DNA from: Rhodothermales bacterium
GTDB lineage: Bacteria > Bacteroidota > Rhodothermia > Rhodothermales > JANQRZ01
Direction: 5' to 3'
DNA length: 64,000 nucleotides
Assembly: GCA_028284265.1 (NCBI GenBank)
Contig: JANQRZ010000018.1
Coordinates: forward strand, 237,385 to 301,384
In this document: piece by piece, positions 53,467 to 64,000 of the stretch
Position numbering within the stretch: the stretch's first letter is position 1
Layout of the letters: each line of letters opens with the position of its first letter
Program-made: the position numbers and the translations under genes
The notes under the pieces: model-generated
The model's input: the letters and a program-made list of their open reading frames with translations, nothing else
Database searches by the model: none
What the model was told of the DNA's origin: nothing

Positions 53467-55977
53467 ATGCCTGATGCGCTGCCTATCGACTCCGTCCTAC
53501 ACGACCTACGCGAGACGCTACGGGCACATCCGAGCGCCGTCCTGCAAGCACCGCCGGGAGCCGGGAAGACGACCCGCGTTCCGCTCGCCCTACTCGACGA
53601 AGACTGGCTCGGCGGACAAAAGATCGTCATGCTCGAACCCCGGCGACTGGCAGCCCGGGCAGCGGCCCACCGGATGGCGGCTACGCTCGGCGAGCGAGTC
53701 GGCGAGACAATCGGCTACCGGGTGCGGCTCGACACGAAGGTGAGCGCCCGGACGCGCATCGAGGTCGTCACCGAGGGTGTGCTGACGCGGATGCTCCAGA
53801 GCGACCCGTCGCTGAACGGTGTCGGCCTCGTGATCTTCGACGAGTTCCATGAGCGCAACCTCCCCTCCGACCTCGGCCTCGCCTTCACGCTCGAAACCCA
53901 AGACGCCCTACGCGACGACCTCCGTCTCCTCGTCATGTCGGCCACGCTCGACGGCGCACGAGTCGCCGAACTACTCGATGACGCGCCGCTGCTGACGAGC
54001 GAAGGCCGCGCCTACCCCGTCGAGACGCGCACCCTCGACCGGATGCCGGAGCCGCACTGGAAAATCGAAGGACACGTCGTGACCGCCGTCCACCGAGCAC
54101 TCGGCGAGCACGAGGGCGACATCCTCGTCTTTCTGCCCGGAGGCGGAGAAATTCGGCGAACGGAGTCGATGCTAAATGAAGGCGGACTTTCGCCGGGCGT
54201 GATCGTTGCGCCGCTCTACGGCAACCTCCCGCAAGAGGTACAGGACCGAGCGATAGTACCCAGCCCGCCCGGCCAGCGCAAGGTCGTCCTCGCCACGCCG
54301 ATTGCCGAGACGAGCCTAACCATCGAGGGCGTGCGCGTCGTGATCGACAGCGGGCTGGCGCGGGCACCTCGCTTCGACCCGAACAGTGGCATGACCCGGC
54401 TGGAAACGGTCCGCATCTCGAAGGCGTCGGCGGACCAACGGCGGGGACGCGCCGGTCGACTCGGGCCGGGCATCTGTTATCGGCTGTGGACACCGCCCGT
54501 GCAGGCCGCGATGGCCGAGCATACCCAGCCCGAAATCCTCACCACCGACCTCGCCCCGCTCGCACTCGAACTCGCCGCGTGGGGTGTCCACGATCCCACC
54601 GACCTCCGCTGGCTCGACCCGCCGCCCGACGCCGCCTTCGCCGCTGCGCGCGACCTCCTCGCCGACCTCAACACGCTCGACAGTGGAGGCATCACCGCGC
54701 ACGGTCGGGAGATGGCGACCTTGGGCTTACACCCTCGCCTCGCCCACCTCGTGCTGAAAGGACGTGCCCTAGGTGTGGGCGCGACGGCATGCGACCTCGC
54801 AGCGCTCCTGAGCGAACGTGACCTGTTCAAACCGCAGGGCCACCACCCACCGCCTGCCGACCTTCGCCTCCGGCTCGACCTCCTCGCGGGTGAGGATCGT
54901 GATACCGGGTTCTCGCAGAGCTACGCCGTGTCGCGCGGCACCGTGCACCGGGCACGGCAGGAGGCAAAGCACTGGCGCAAGCGACTCGGTATCTCCTCCA
55001 GTGACCGCGACGCCAATACAGCAGGTCTCCTGCTCGCTTTCGCCTATCCCGACCGGATCGCGCAACGGCGACCCGACTCGGAAACCCGCTACCGACTGCG
55101 AAACGGTCGCGCTGCCGTCCTCACCGAATCGCAAGCCCTTGCTGGAGCCGACTACCTCGTCGCGGCCCACCTCGACGGGCGGCGCAGCGAGGCTTGCATC
55201 TTTCTCGCTGCTCCAATCACACAGGACGAGATCGAGCGGTACTTCGCCGAGAAAATTGTGACCGAGGATATGGTGGCGTGGGATACCGAGGTACGGCGCG
55301 TGCGAGCGCGGCGGCAGGAGCGACTGGGGGCCGTCGTGCTGCGCGAGGCAAAACTACGGGACCCCGACCCGCAGGCTGTCACGGCAGCCCTGCTCGACGG
55401 TATTCAGGCTGAGGGACTGGCAATGCTGCCGTGGTCAAAAGAGGCGCAGCGACTGCGCAAGCGACTCGCCTTCCTGCACCACCTCGATCCCGACTCGTGG
55501 CCGGACGTGTCGGACGACGCACTCATCGCCGACCCCGACAACTGGCTCGGCCCGCACCTCACGGGCGGGCGCACCGGCCTCGGACACCTCGATCTCTCGC
55601 AGTTGCTACTCGGTCTCGCGGGGTGGAACCGTCGCGACGACCTCGACCTGCTCGCACCGACGCACCTCGTCGTGCCGAGCGGCTCGAACATTCCTATCGA
55701 CTACAGCGACCCCGAAGCACCTGTGCTGGCCGTGCGGTTGCAAGAGGTCTTCGGCCTGACCGAAACGCCGCGTATCGGCGGGGGCCGAGTGCCGCTGACG
55801 ATGCACCTGCTCTCGCCCGCCCACCGACCGGTCCAGGTGACGCAGGACCTCGCCAGCTTCTGGCGCAACGCCTACTTCGATGTCCGCAAAGACCTACGCG
55901 GGCGCTACTCGAAACACCCGTGGCCCGAGGACCCGCTCACCGCAACGCCGACGAACCGCGCCAAGCGACGCCGCTAG
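53467..55977 (+). CDS. hrpB: ATP-dependent RNA helicase HrpB (DEAH-box)
   Basis: PPGAGKTT, DEFHER, SATL and QRRGRAGR motifs, plus a C-terminal HrpB domain (YSKHPWPEDP). Start moved to MPDALPI at 53467. Confidence 0.9.
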   Translation: MPDALPIDSVLHDLRETLRAHPSAVLQAPPGAGKTTRVPLALLDEDWLGGQKIVMLEPRRLAARAAAHRMAATLGERVGETIGYRVRLDTKVSARTRIEVVTEGVLTRMLQSDPSLNGVGLVIFDEFHERNLPSDLGLAFTLETQDALRDDLRLLVMSATLDGARVAELLDDAPLLTSEGRAYPVETRTLDRMPEPHWKIEGHVVTAVHRALGEHEGDILVFLPGGGEIRRTESMLNEGGLSPGVIVAPLYGNLPQEVQDRAIVPSPPGQRKVVLATPIAETSLTIEGVRVVIDSGLARAPRFDPNSGMTRLETVRISKASADQRRGRAGRLGPGICYRLWTPPVQAAMAEHTQPEILTTDLAPLALELAAWGVHDPTDLRWLDPPPDAAFAAARDLLADLNTLDSGGITAHGREMATLGLHPRLAHLVLKGRALGVGATACDLAALLSERDLFKPQGHHPPPADLRLRLDLLAGEDRDTGFSQSYAVSRGTVHRARQEAKHWRKRLGISSSDRDANTAGLLLAFAYPDRIAQRRPDSETRYRLRNGRAAVLTESQALAGADYLVAAHLDGRRSEACIFLAAPITQDEIERYFAEKIVTEDMVAWDTEVRRVRARRQERLGAVVLREAKLRDPDPQAVTAALLDGIQAEGLAMLPWSKEAQRLRKRLAFLHHLDPDSWPDVSDDALIADPDNWLGPHLTGGRTGLGHLDLSQLLLGLAGWNRRDDLDLLAPTHLVVPSGSNIPIDYSDPEAPVLAVRLQEVFGLTETPRIGGGRVPLTMHLLSPAHRPVQVTQDLASFWRNAYFDVRKDLRGRYSKHPWPEDPLTATPTNRAKRRR

Positions 55978-56741
55978 CCGATCTGGGCCGCGTGGGCTAC
56001 CTCGCCTGTTCGCACACCGCCCGGCCCGAATGAGCGCTCGGCAAAGCGGACCTCGCCATCGTCGCGAACCGTGAGAAGCGTCGTCGTCCGGGTACCGTAG
56101 TCTGCCCCCTCGATAAACAACGCTGACAGGGTGCGCTCCAGCCGAAGGTTGACACCCGTCTGCGGTAACTGATTGTCCGGTGCCTGAGTCGCATCGCGCA
56201 TGAGCGCAAAGGCCGCGTCCTCGTCGGATGCGCCCTCTTCTACCCACTGCCGAAAAGCCTGGCCGCCGCGTACCACCTTCGGCCAAGGTTCGTCGAGCGT
56301 ACCGTTGCTCAGTCCGTAGAAACCCGAACCAAGCGAGCGGGGCGCTTCCTTCCGACTCGACACAAACCACAGGCTATCGAGGGAACCAACGAGGAGATTG
56401 AACCCGCCGTACTCGTCCTGCTCGTCAGCAACGCGGGCCGCGAAGGCCGCAGGATTGGATTCACCGCCGAGGTAGTCCGCAACGAGCGCACCGCGCGAGC
56501 GAGCCGCCTCATAGCTGAACCACCTGGGTGCGCGGATGTTGGTGACGATGGCCCACTGTCCATCGGCGGTGACCCCGTGCCACGCGCCGCCTGCCCGGAG
56601 GTCACGCCCCGCGAGCATGCGGGGGTACTCGTCCCAGAACCCCGCCGGAGTCGTCGGACGGTCGTGCGCCTCATCGCGGTTGGACAGGACGATGAGCGGA
56701 TAGTGCGGATGAGCGTCGCGGGCGACGAAGAGCGTACACAT
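55974..56741 (-). CDS. NRDE family protein (TANGO2/DUF833-like)
   Basis: Starts MCTLFVARDAHPHYPLIVLSNRDE (N-terminal Cys plus the NRDE motif). Start trimmed from 57029. Confidence 0.8.
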   Translation of the reverse strand: MCTLFVARDAHPHYPLIVLSNRDEAHDRPTTPAGFWDEYPRMLAGRDLRAGGAWHGVTADGQWAIVTNIRAPRWFSYEAARSRGALVADYLGGESNPAAFAARVADEQDEYGGFNLLVGSLDSLWFVSSRKEAPRSLGSGFYGLSNGTLDEPWPKVVRGGQAFRQWVEEGASDEDAAFALMRDATQAPDNQLPQTGVNLRLERTLSALFIEGADYGTRTTTLLTVRDDGEVRFAERSFGPGGVRTGEVAHAAQIG

Positions 56742-56802
56742 AGGCGGCAGAGTTGAGCGTGCTGGCAACCACCATCGACCGGCTCCGGTTTCTCGGTGAT
56801 GT

Positions 56803-59145
56803 TCACTCTTGGTAGGCCGCGGCCTGATCGGGCTTACCCCAAGCCGTGTACAACTCGGCGAGGGCTTCGCGGACGACACCCGGCCCGCTCGACGGTCCGC
56901 CGTGCTCACCTTGGTAGAATCGGTGCGCTTCCTGAAGGTGCGCTTCGGCCTCGGGGTATCGATCCAGCACCGTGAGCGCCCGGCCCAACCCGACGCGGGC
57001 GGTGGCAGTCTTCCAGTGCTGCTCACCATTCACCTGCTGGCTGATGCGGAACGCCTGGCGGAACAGCGGCTCGGCCTCGCTGGGTTTGTCCAGCACGAGC
57101 AGCAGCCGACCGAGTTGGTGGCGTGACCCTGCCGCCCGGTCGTGCTCCTCGCCGAAGAGGCGGAGGTCCATCGCGAGACTTTCGCGGAGCAGCGGTTCGG
57201 CCTCGTCGTAGCGCTCTTGGGCACGGAGCACGAGGGCCAGCATATTCAGGCTAGAGCTGATGTTGGGGTGATCGCCCTCGAACAGCCGCCGTTGCATGCC
57301 GAGGGTCTCGCGATAGAGCGCTTCGGACTCTGCGTAGGCCTCGCGGGCGCGAAGCACCCCGCCTAAGTTCGCCATTGTCACCGCCATCTCGGGCTTGTCC
57401 TTGTCGAACAGGCGGCGCTGCATGGCCAGCGACTCGTGCAACAGCGGCTCCGCCTGTTCGAGGTCGTTCTGGTAGAGCAGGGCCAAGGCAAGGTCGTTCA
57501 GACTCGCGGCCACATCGATGTGCTCGTCACCCAGCAGGCTCTGCCGCATCGATAGTGCGTCGCGGTAGAGGCGCTCGGCTTCCGCATAAAGCCCTTGGTC
57601 GAGTTTCAGGGCACCGAGGCTCGACAGGCTCTTGCCGATCGCTTCGTGCTTGTCGCCGTACAAGGCTCGTCGAGCAGCGAGTGCTTGCCTCAGCAGCCCC
57701 TCGGCCTCCTCTTCCAGCCCGAGGCTCGCGTAGACGTTGCCTAATGCTTCCATCAACTCCGCTTGCACCGCCGGTTCGTCCTCCAGTGCCTCGACCCGCT
57801 CGACGCCCCGGTCCAGTAGCTCCCGCGCCGTAGTCTCGGCTCCGCCTGCCTCCTCCCACGGGTTCGACGCGCTGAAGACCTCGACGAGGTACGCCTTGAC
57901 CTGCTCCGAGGTCGCGGCTTCGGCTTCGGCGCGGGCAGCGGCAGCATTGGCGCGCTGTGCCTGCCACAGCGCGGCTCCCAGTCCGCCGATGAGGGCGAGG
58001 ACGACAAGCACCGTCGCGGCCACCCCCACGCGGTGCCGCTCCGCAAACTTCCGCATCCGGTAGCGCACCGACGCCCGTCGCGCCTGAATCGGCTGCCCCG
58101 TGCGGTAGCGCCGCACGTCATCGAGCAGGGCTTCCACCGACGAGTACCGGGCGTCCGGCTCCTCGCGCAGCGCTTTCTCTGCGATCACGTCGAGATCGCC
58201 GTGGAGGAGGTAGCGCAATCGGGTCGAGGTAGCGGCGGCGCTCGGTAGCTTGAGCGGCACCCCATCCTGCCAATCGGGGCGGGCACCGGTCAGCAACTCG
58301 TAGAGGATTACGCCGAGGGCAAATACATCAGCGGCGGTCGTCACGGCCTCGCCTCGGAACTGCTCGGGGGCAGCGTAGGCCGGCGTAAGCATGCCGGAGC
58401 CAGTGCGCGTCAGCATCTCGTCGGCGTCCGACTCCAAGAGCTTGGCGATGCCAAAGTCGAGCAGCTTGACCTGCGGCTGCCCATGCTCGTCTTCGGCCAC
58501 GAGGATGTTCGATGGCTTCAGGTCGCGGTGAACCACCAAACGCCGATGCGCGTGAGCGACCGCCTCGGCGACCTGCTCGAACAAGGCTAGTCGGTCCTCG
58601 ACAGAGAGGTCGTGGGCCTCGCAGTACATCGTGATCGGCTCGCCTTCGACCAGTTCCATGACGATATACGGACGCCCATCGTCCGCTGCCCCACCGTCGA
58701 GTAGCCGCGCTACCGCCGGGTGGTCGAGGCTCGCGAGGACTTGGCGCTCGCGGCGGAAGCGGGCTAGCACTTCGTCGGTGTCCATTCCACGCTTGACCAG
58801 CTTCAGTGCGACGGTCTTGTCGAAAGTGCCATCGACGCGGCGCGCCCGGTAGACCGTCCCCATACCGCCGCGCCCCACCTCTTCGTCGACTTGGTACGGA
58901 CCCACGCGATGACCGGCAGGCAGCCCGCTCAACTCAACCAAGCCTCTGCTCTTGTCGTGCAGCAGCCGATCTTCGACGCCCAATGCAGAGTCCGCCGTAT
59001 CGACCTCCAGAAGTGCCTCGACCTCACGGCGTAGCTCGGCATCCTCGCCGCAGGCACGGTCGAGAAAGGCACCGCGCTGGTCGGGCGGTAGGTCGATGGC
59101 GTCGGAGAAGATCGCCTCGACTCGGTCCCACGTCTGGGTATCCAT
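56803..59145 (-). CDS. Ser/Thr protein kinase with TM segment and C-terminal TPR repeats (paralog B)
   Basis: Kinase motifs GRGGMGTVY, VALK, HRDLKPSNIL, DFGIAK and PAYAAPEQ. A TM helix follows (VGVAATVLVVLALIGGLGAAL), then multiple TPR-like repeats. Confidence 0.85.
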   Translation of the reverse strand: MDTQTWDRVEAIFSDAIDLPPDQRGAFLDRACGEDAELRREVEALLEVDTADSALGVEDRLLHDKSRGLVELSGLPAGHRVGPYQVDEEVGRGGMGTVYRARRVDGTFDKTVALKLVKRGMDTDEVLARFRRERQVLASLDHPAVARLLDGGAADDGRPYIVMELVEGEPITMYCEAHDLSVEDRLALFEQVAEAVAHAHRRLVVHRDLKPSNILVAEDEHGQPQVKLLDFGIAKLLESDADEMLTRTGSGMLTPAYAAPEQFRGEAVTTAADVFALGVILYELLTGARPDWQDGVPLKLPSAAATSTRLRYLLHGDLDVIAEKALREEPDARYSSVEALLDDVRRYRTGQPIQARRASVRYRMRKFAERHRVGVAATVLVVLALIGGLGAALWQAQRANAAAARAEAEAATSEQVKAYLVEVFSASNPWEEAGGAETTARELLDRGVERVEALEDEPAVQAELMEALGNVYASLGLEEEAEGLLRQALAARRALYGDKHEAIGKSLSSLGALKLDQGLYAEAERLYRDALSMRQSLLGDEHIDVAASLNDLALALLYQNDLEQAEPLLHESLAMQRRLFDKDKPEMAVTMANLGGVLRAREAYAESEALYRETLGMQRRLFEGDHPNISSSLNMLALVLRAQERYDEAEPLLRESLAMDLRLFGEEHDRAAGSRHQLGRLLLVLDKPSEAEPLFRQAFRISQQVNGEQHWKTATARVGLGRALTVLDRYPEAEAHLQEAHRFYQGEHGGPSSGPGVVREALAELYTAWGKPDQAAAYQE

Positions 59146-59213
59146 CGGCGGCGAAGGGGCTACGGGTGATAGGTTGGCTTACTAGAGAACGCGCTAGTCG
59201 CAGGCTCCGCTGA

Positions 59214-61595
<2,382 letters not shown>

Positions 61596-61645
61596 CGGCT
61601 TTGGGGTGCCCTATTCCCTATGGCGACATTGCGTCGCCGGACTGA

Positions 61646-62242
61646 TCACAGCCCGGTAACGTCGCGCCCGATCTCTTTGCGGAGCCAGTTGCGCGCCGCC
61701 CGCCACGACCGGTGGACGGTCGGCACGGAGAGGTCCATCACGTCGGCGGTCTCCTCCAGCGTGAGGCCACCGAAGAAGCGGTGCTGGACCACCTGGCTCC
61801 CGCGTGGGTTGATCGCTTCGAGCCGGGTCAGGGCCTCGTCGAGCGCCAGCACCTCGTCGGCCTCGCCATCGGACAGCAGTGCATCCGGCGGCAAGCCTGT
61901 GTCGTCGAGAGAGACAGGCTGCTGACCGCCGCCGCGCTTGAGGCGGCCCCGCGACCGGGCGTAGTCCACCAGCACGCGGCGCATCGTTGTAGCGGCCACG
62001 CCGAAGAACTGGCGGCGATCTTCGGCTTCCAGTTTGTCCTGCTTCACGAGGCGAAGGTAGGCCTCGTTAACGAGCGCAGTCGTGTTCAGAGTATGGTCCG
62101 AGCGCTCCCGGCGAAGCTGGGCATGAGCGAGGCCACGCAGCTCATCGTAGAGCACTGGGATCAGCCGGTCGAGCGCATCAGCCGAGGCCTCGGCATCGCG
62201 CAGCCGAATCAGAAGCTGGGTTACGTCAGACGCAGCCTGCAT
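61646..62242 (-). CDS. ECF sigma factor of the kinase-associated type (TIGR02999 / ECF43-like)
   Basis: DVTQLLIRLRDAE...ALDRLIPVLYDELRGLAHAQLRRE..HTLNTTALVNEAYLRL and the C-terminal SVPTVHRSWRAARNWL. Directly upstream of two STK genes. Confidence 0.85.
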   Translation of the reverse strand: MQAASDVTQLLIRLRDAEASADALDRLIPVLYDELRGLAHAQLRRERSDHTLNTTALVNEAYLRLVKQDKLEAEDRRQFFGVAATTMRRVLVDYARSRGRLKRGGGQQPVSLDDTGLPPDALLSDGEADEVLALDEALTRLEAINPRGSQVVQHRFFGGLTLEETADVMDLSVPTVHRSWRAARNWLRKEIGRDVTGL

Positions 62243-62568
62243 AGGACAACGGGGAGAGCGGCAATGGGAAGAAGATAAGGTAGGCTATACCCTCATTTGT
62301 GCATCTCAGAGACTGTTTGGTGAGCATGTCTGAAGGCGAGAGCGCGTGAGCGGGACGGCTGCCAGAAGCCTGAAGCAGACGATGCGCCCGCATCGGCGAT
62401 GCAAGGCGACGCCGCAACCGCTCCTGCGTAGCCGCTCGCAGTCCGGAATCCGTCTTGCCAAACAGTCTCTCAGTTACGCGGTGATCAGAAACACGAGCAG
62501 GTGGCGCGATGAGGGTAAAGCAGGCTGCTTGCCTGCCTCACCCCCAACAACCTGTCAGAGACTTTCTC

Positions 62569-64000
62569 ATGCACCCCTCAACGATCTACCTCATGCGCGC
62601 CTCGCGTTCCTACTGGCACCTCGGACTCCTCTTGGTCATGCTCTTCCTGCTAGCCGCTCATCCTGCGTCCGCCCAGAACCTCATCGGCACTCCCGAAGCC
62701 TACGACCAAGTCGGGCACGCGGTCGCAGCGGGCGACTTCAACGGCGACGCCATCGACGACCTCGCCACCGGAGCACCCGGCGAGGACGGCGCTCGGGGTT
62801 CCGTCCACATCACCTACGGCAGCGCCGACGGCCTCAGCGGCGTGGGGGATGAAGTCTGGTCCCAAGCGACTCCCGGCATCCTCGGCACACGCGAGAGCGG
62901 CGACCGTTTCGGCAACACCCTTGCCGCAGGCGACTTCGATGGCAACGGGATCGCCGACCTCGCCATCGGCGTGACCGGCGAGAGCATCGGGGCCATCAAC
63001 AACGCTGGGGCCGTCAACGTCATCTACGGCCAGAACGGCGGCCTCTCAACCACCGGCAACCAGGTCTGGGACCAAGGCGATGTCATCGGAAGCGCGCCAG
63101 AAGTGGATGACCGCTTCGGCGAAGTGCTCGTTGCGGGCGACTTCAACGGCGACGGCTATGACGACCTCGGCATCGGTGTCCCGTTCGAGGACCTCTTTGA
63201 GCATACCGACGCGGGGATCGTCCACGTCATCTACGGCTCGGCGAGCGGGCTGACCGCCGCCGGAAACGAGCACTGGACCCTCGCCAACACCACCCCCTTC
63301 AGCACAGACGAGTCTACCCTGTTTGGGCACGCGCTGGCGGCGGGGGACTTCAGACCGGCCCTTGAGGTGCCCCGCGACGAGCTTGCCATCGGTATTCCGG
63401 GCCTCCTGGTGAACTGGAGTGACCACGCTGGGGGTGTCGCTGTCCTCCGGGGCGTTCCGGCTGGCCTCCTCGCCATCGACGAAGTGTGGACGCAAGACTC
63501 ACCGGGACTATTCAGCAGTTCCGGCCCGAACGAGCAATTCGGCTGGGCGCTCGCGGCGGGCAACTTCGATGACGACGGGGCCGACGACCTCGCTATCAGC
63601 AGTCCCTTCGAGGACGTGAACGGGGCGGGCAATGCCGGGGCGGTCCACATCCTCTACGGCAGCGCCTTTGGCTTCGATCCAGAAGAGCATTCCAGCTTCT
63701 GGACACAGGACACGCCATTCATCGCCGAAACGGCGGAAGACAACGACTACTTCGGCTGGGCGCTCACCACGGGCGACTTCGACGACGACGGGGCCGACGA
63801 TCTCGCCATCGGGGTGCAGGAGAATCTTTCCTTCTTCGGGAACGAAGGAGCCGTCAACGTGCTGTTCGGCATCTCCGGCATCGGACTCACCACGAGCGGC
63901 GACCGGATCGTACACCAGAATAAGCCTGGCCCCGTCAAGGACACCGCCGAGCAATTCGACTACTTCGGCAACACCCTCGCCGCGGGCGACTTCGACGGCA
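62569..64000 (+). CDS. Secreted FG-GAP (integrin-alpha-like) repeat protein; 3' end cut by the window edge
   Basis: Own translation from the ATG at 62569: MHPSTIYLMRASRSYWHLGLLLVMLFLLAAHPASAQ. It is followed by at least 7 repeats of the form FG.ALAAGDFNGDG.DDLAIG.P. The frame stays open to 64000, so the gene is absent from the ORF track. Confidence 0.8.
   Translation, partial: MHPSTIYLMRASRSYWHLGLLLVMLFLLAAHPASAQNLIGTPEAYDQVGHAVAAGDFNGDAIDDLATGAPGEDGARGSVHITYGSADGLSGVGDEVWSQATPGILGTRESGDRFGNTLAAGDFDGNGIADLAIGVTGESIGAINNAGAVNVIYGQNGGLSTTGNQVWDQGDVIGSAPEVDDRFGEVLVAGDFNGDGYDDLGIGVPFEDLFEHTDAGIVHVIYGSASGLTAAGNEHWTLANTTPFSTDESTLFGHALAAGDFRPALEVPRDELAIGIPGLLVNWSDHAGGVAVLRGVPAGLLAIDEVWTQDSPGLFSSSGPNEQFGWALAAGNFDDDGADDLAISSPFEDVNGAGNAGAVHILYGSAFGFDPEEHSSFWTQDTPFIAETAEDNDYFGWALTTGDFDDDGADDLAIGVQENLSFFGNEGAVNVLFGISGIGLTTSGDRIVHQNKPGPVKDTAEQFDYFGNTLAAGDFDG

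Noticed and set aside
62346-62852. 168-aa Arg-rich plus-strand ORF
   Set aside because: It covers the intergenic region and then overlaps, out of frame, the FG-GAP repeat gene that starts at 62569.

Overview
High-GC (about two-thirds G+C by eye) chromosomal segment. It probably comes from a Bacteroidota/Rhodothermota-type bacterium: two proteins end in T9SS C-terminal sorting domains, nuoA-H form a stand-alone operon, and Shine-Dalgarno signals are scarce. This taxonomy is inference only. Most of the window is housekeeping: nuoABCDEF-(lipoprotein)-GH, tkt-rpe, purB, priA, SRP RNA, glpD, hrpB and a photolyase cluster. Four regions stand out. (1) A complete RNA-repair locus runs rtcR <-> sigma54 promoter - rsr (Ro60/TROVE) - non-coding spacer - rtcB - small SEC-C ORF - rtcA. 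The 660-nt rsr-rtcB spacer holds five tandem paralogous structured RNA modules. All five share one architecture (outer stem, AUGCC/ACCCCUUG internal loop, 8-bp inner helix, invariant UACAU), supported by compensatory base changes between modules. The last module carries a circularly permuted tRNA mimic (T arm, closed 7-bp acceptor stem, D arm), as in YrlA-type bacterial Y RNAs. (2) A single 673-aa polypeptide fuses chorismate mutase, prephenate dehydratase-ACT and DAHP synthase. It is preceded by a 32-codon leader ORF containing FYFYGFAF, a candidate antiterminator and a perfect intrinsic terminator, which reads as a Phe/Tyr attenuator. (3) An ECF43-like sigma factor is followed by two paralogous Ser/Thr kinase-TPR genes. 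(4) Two subtilisin (S8) genes sit in tandem with near-identical DNA tracts. Many long ORFs in the supplied track are antisense shadows typical of high-GC DNA and were rejected. Several real genes needed shorter N-termini than the track shows. Two genes running off the window edges (1-1882 minus, 62569-64000 plus) are missing from the track.
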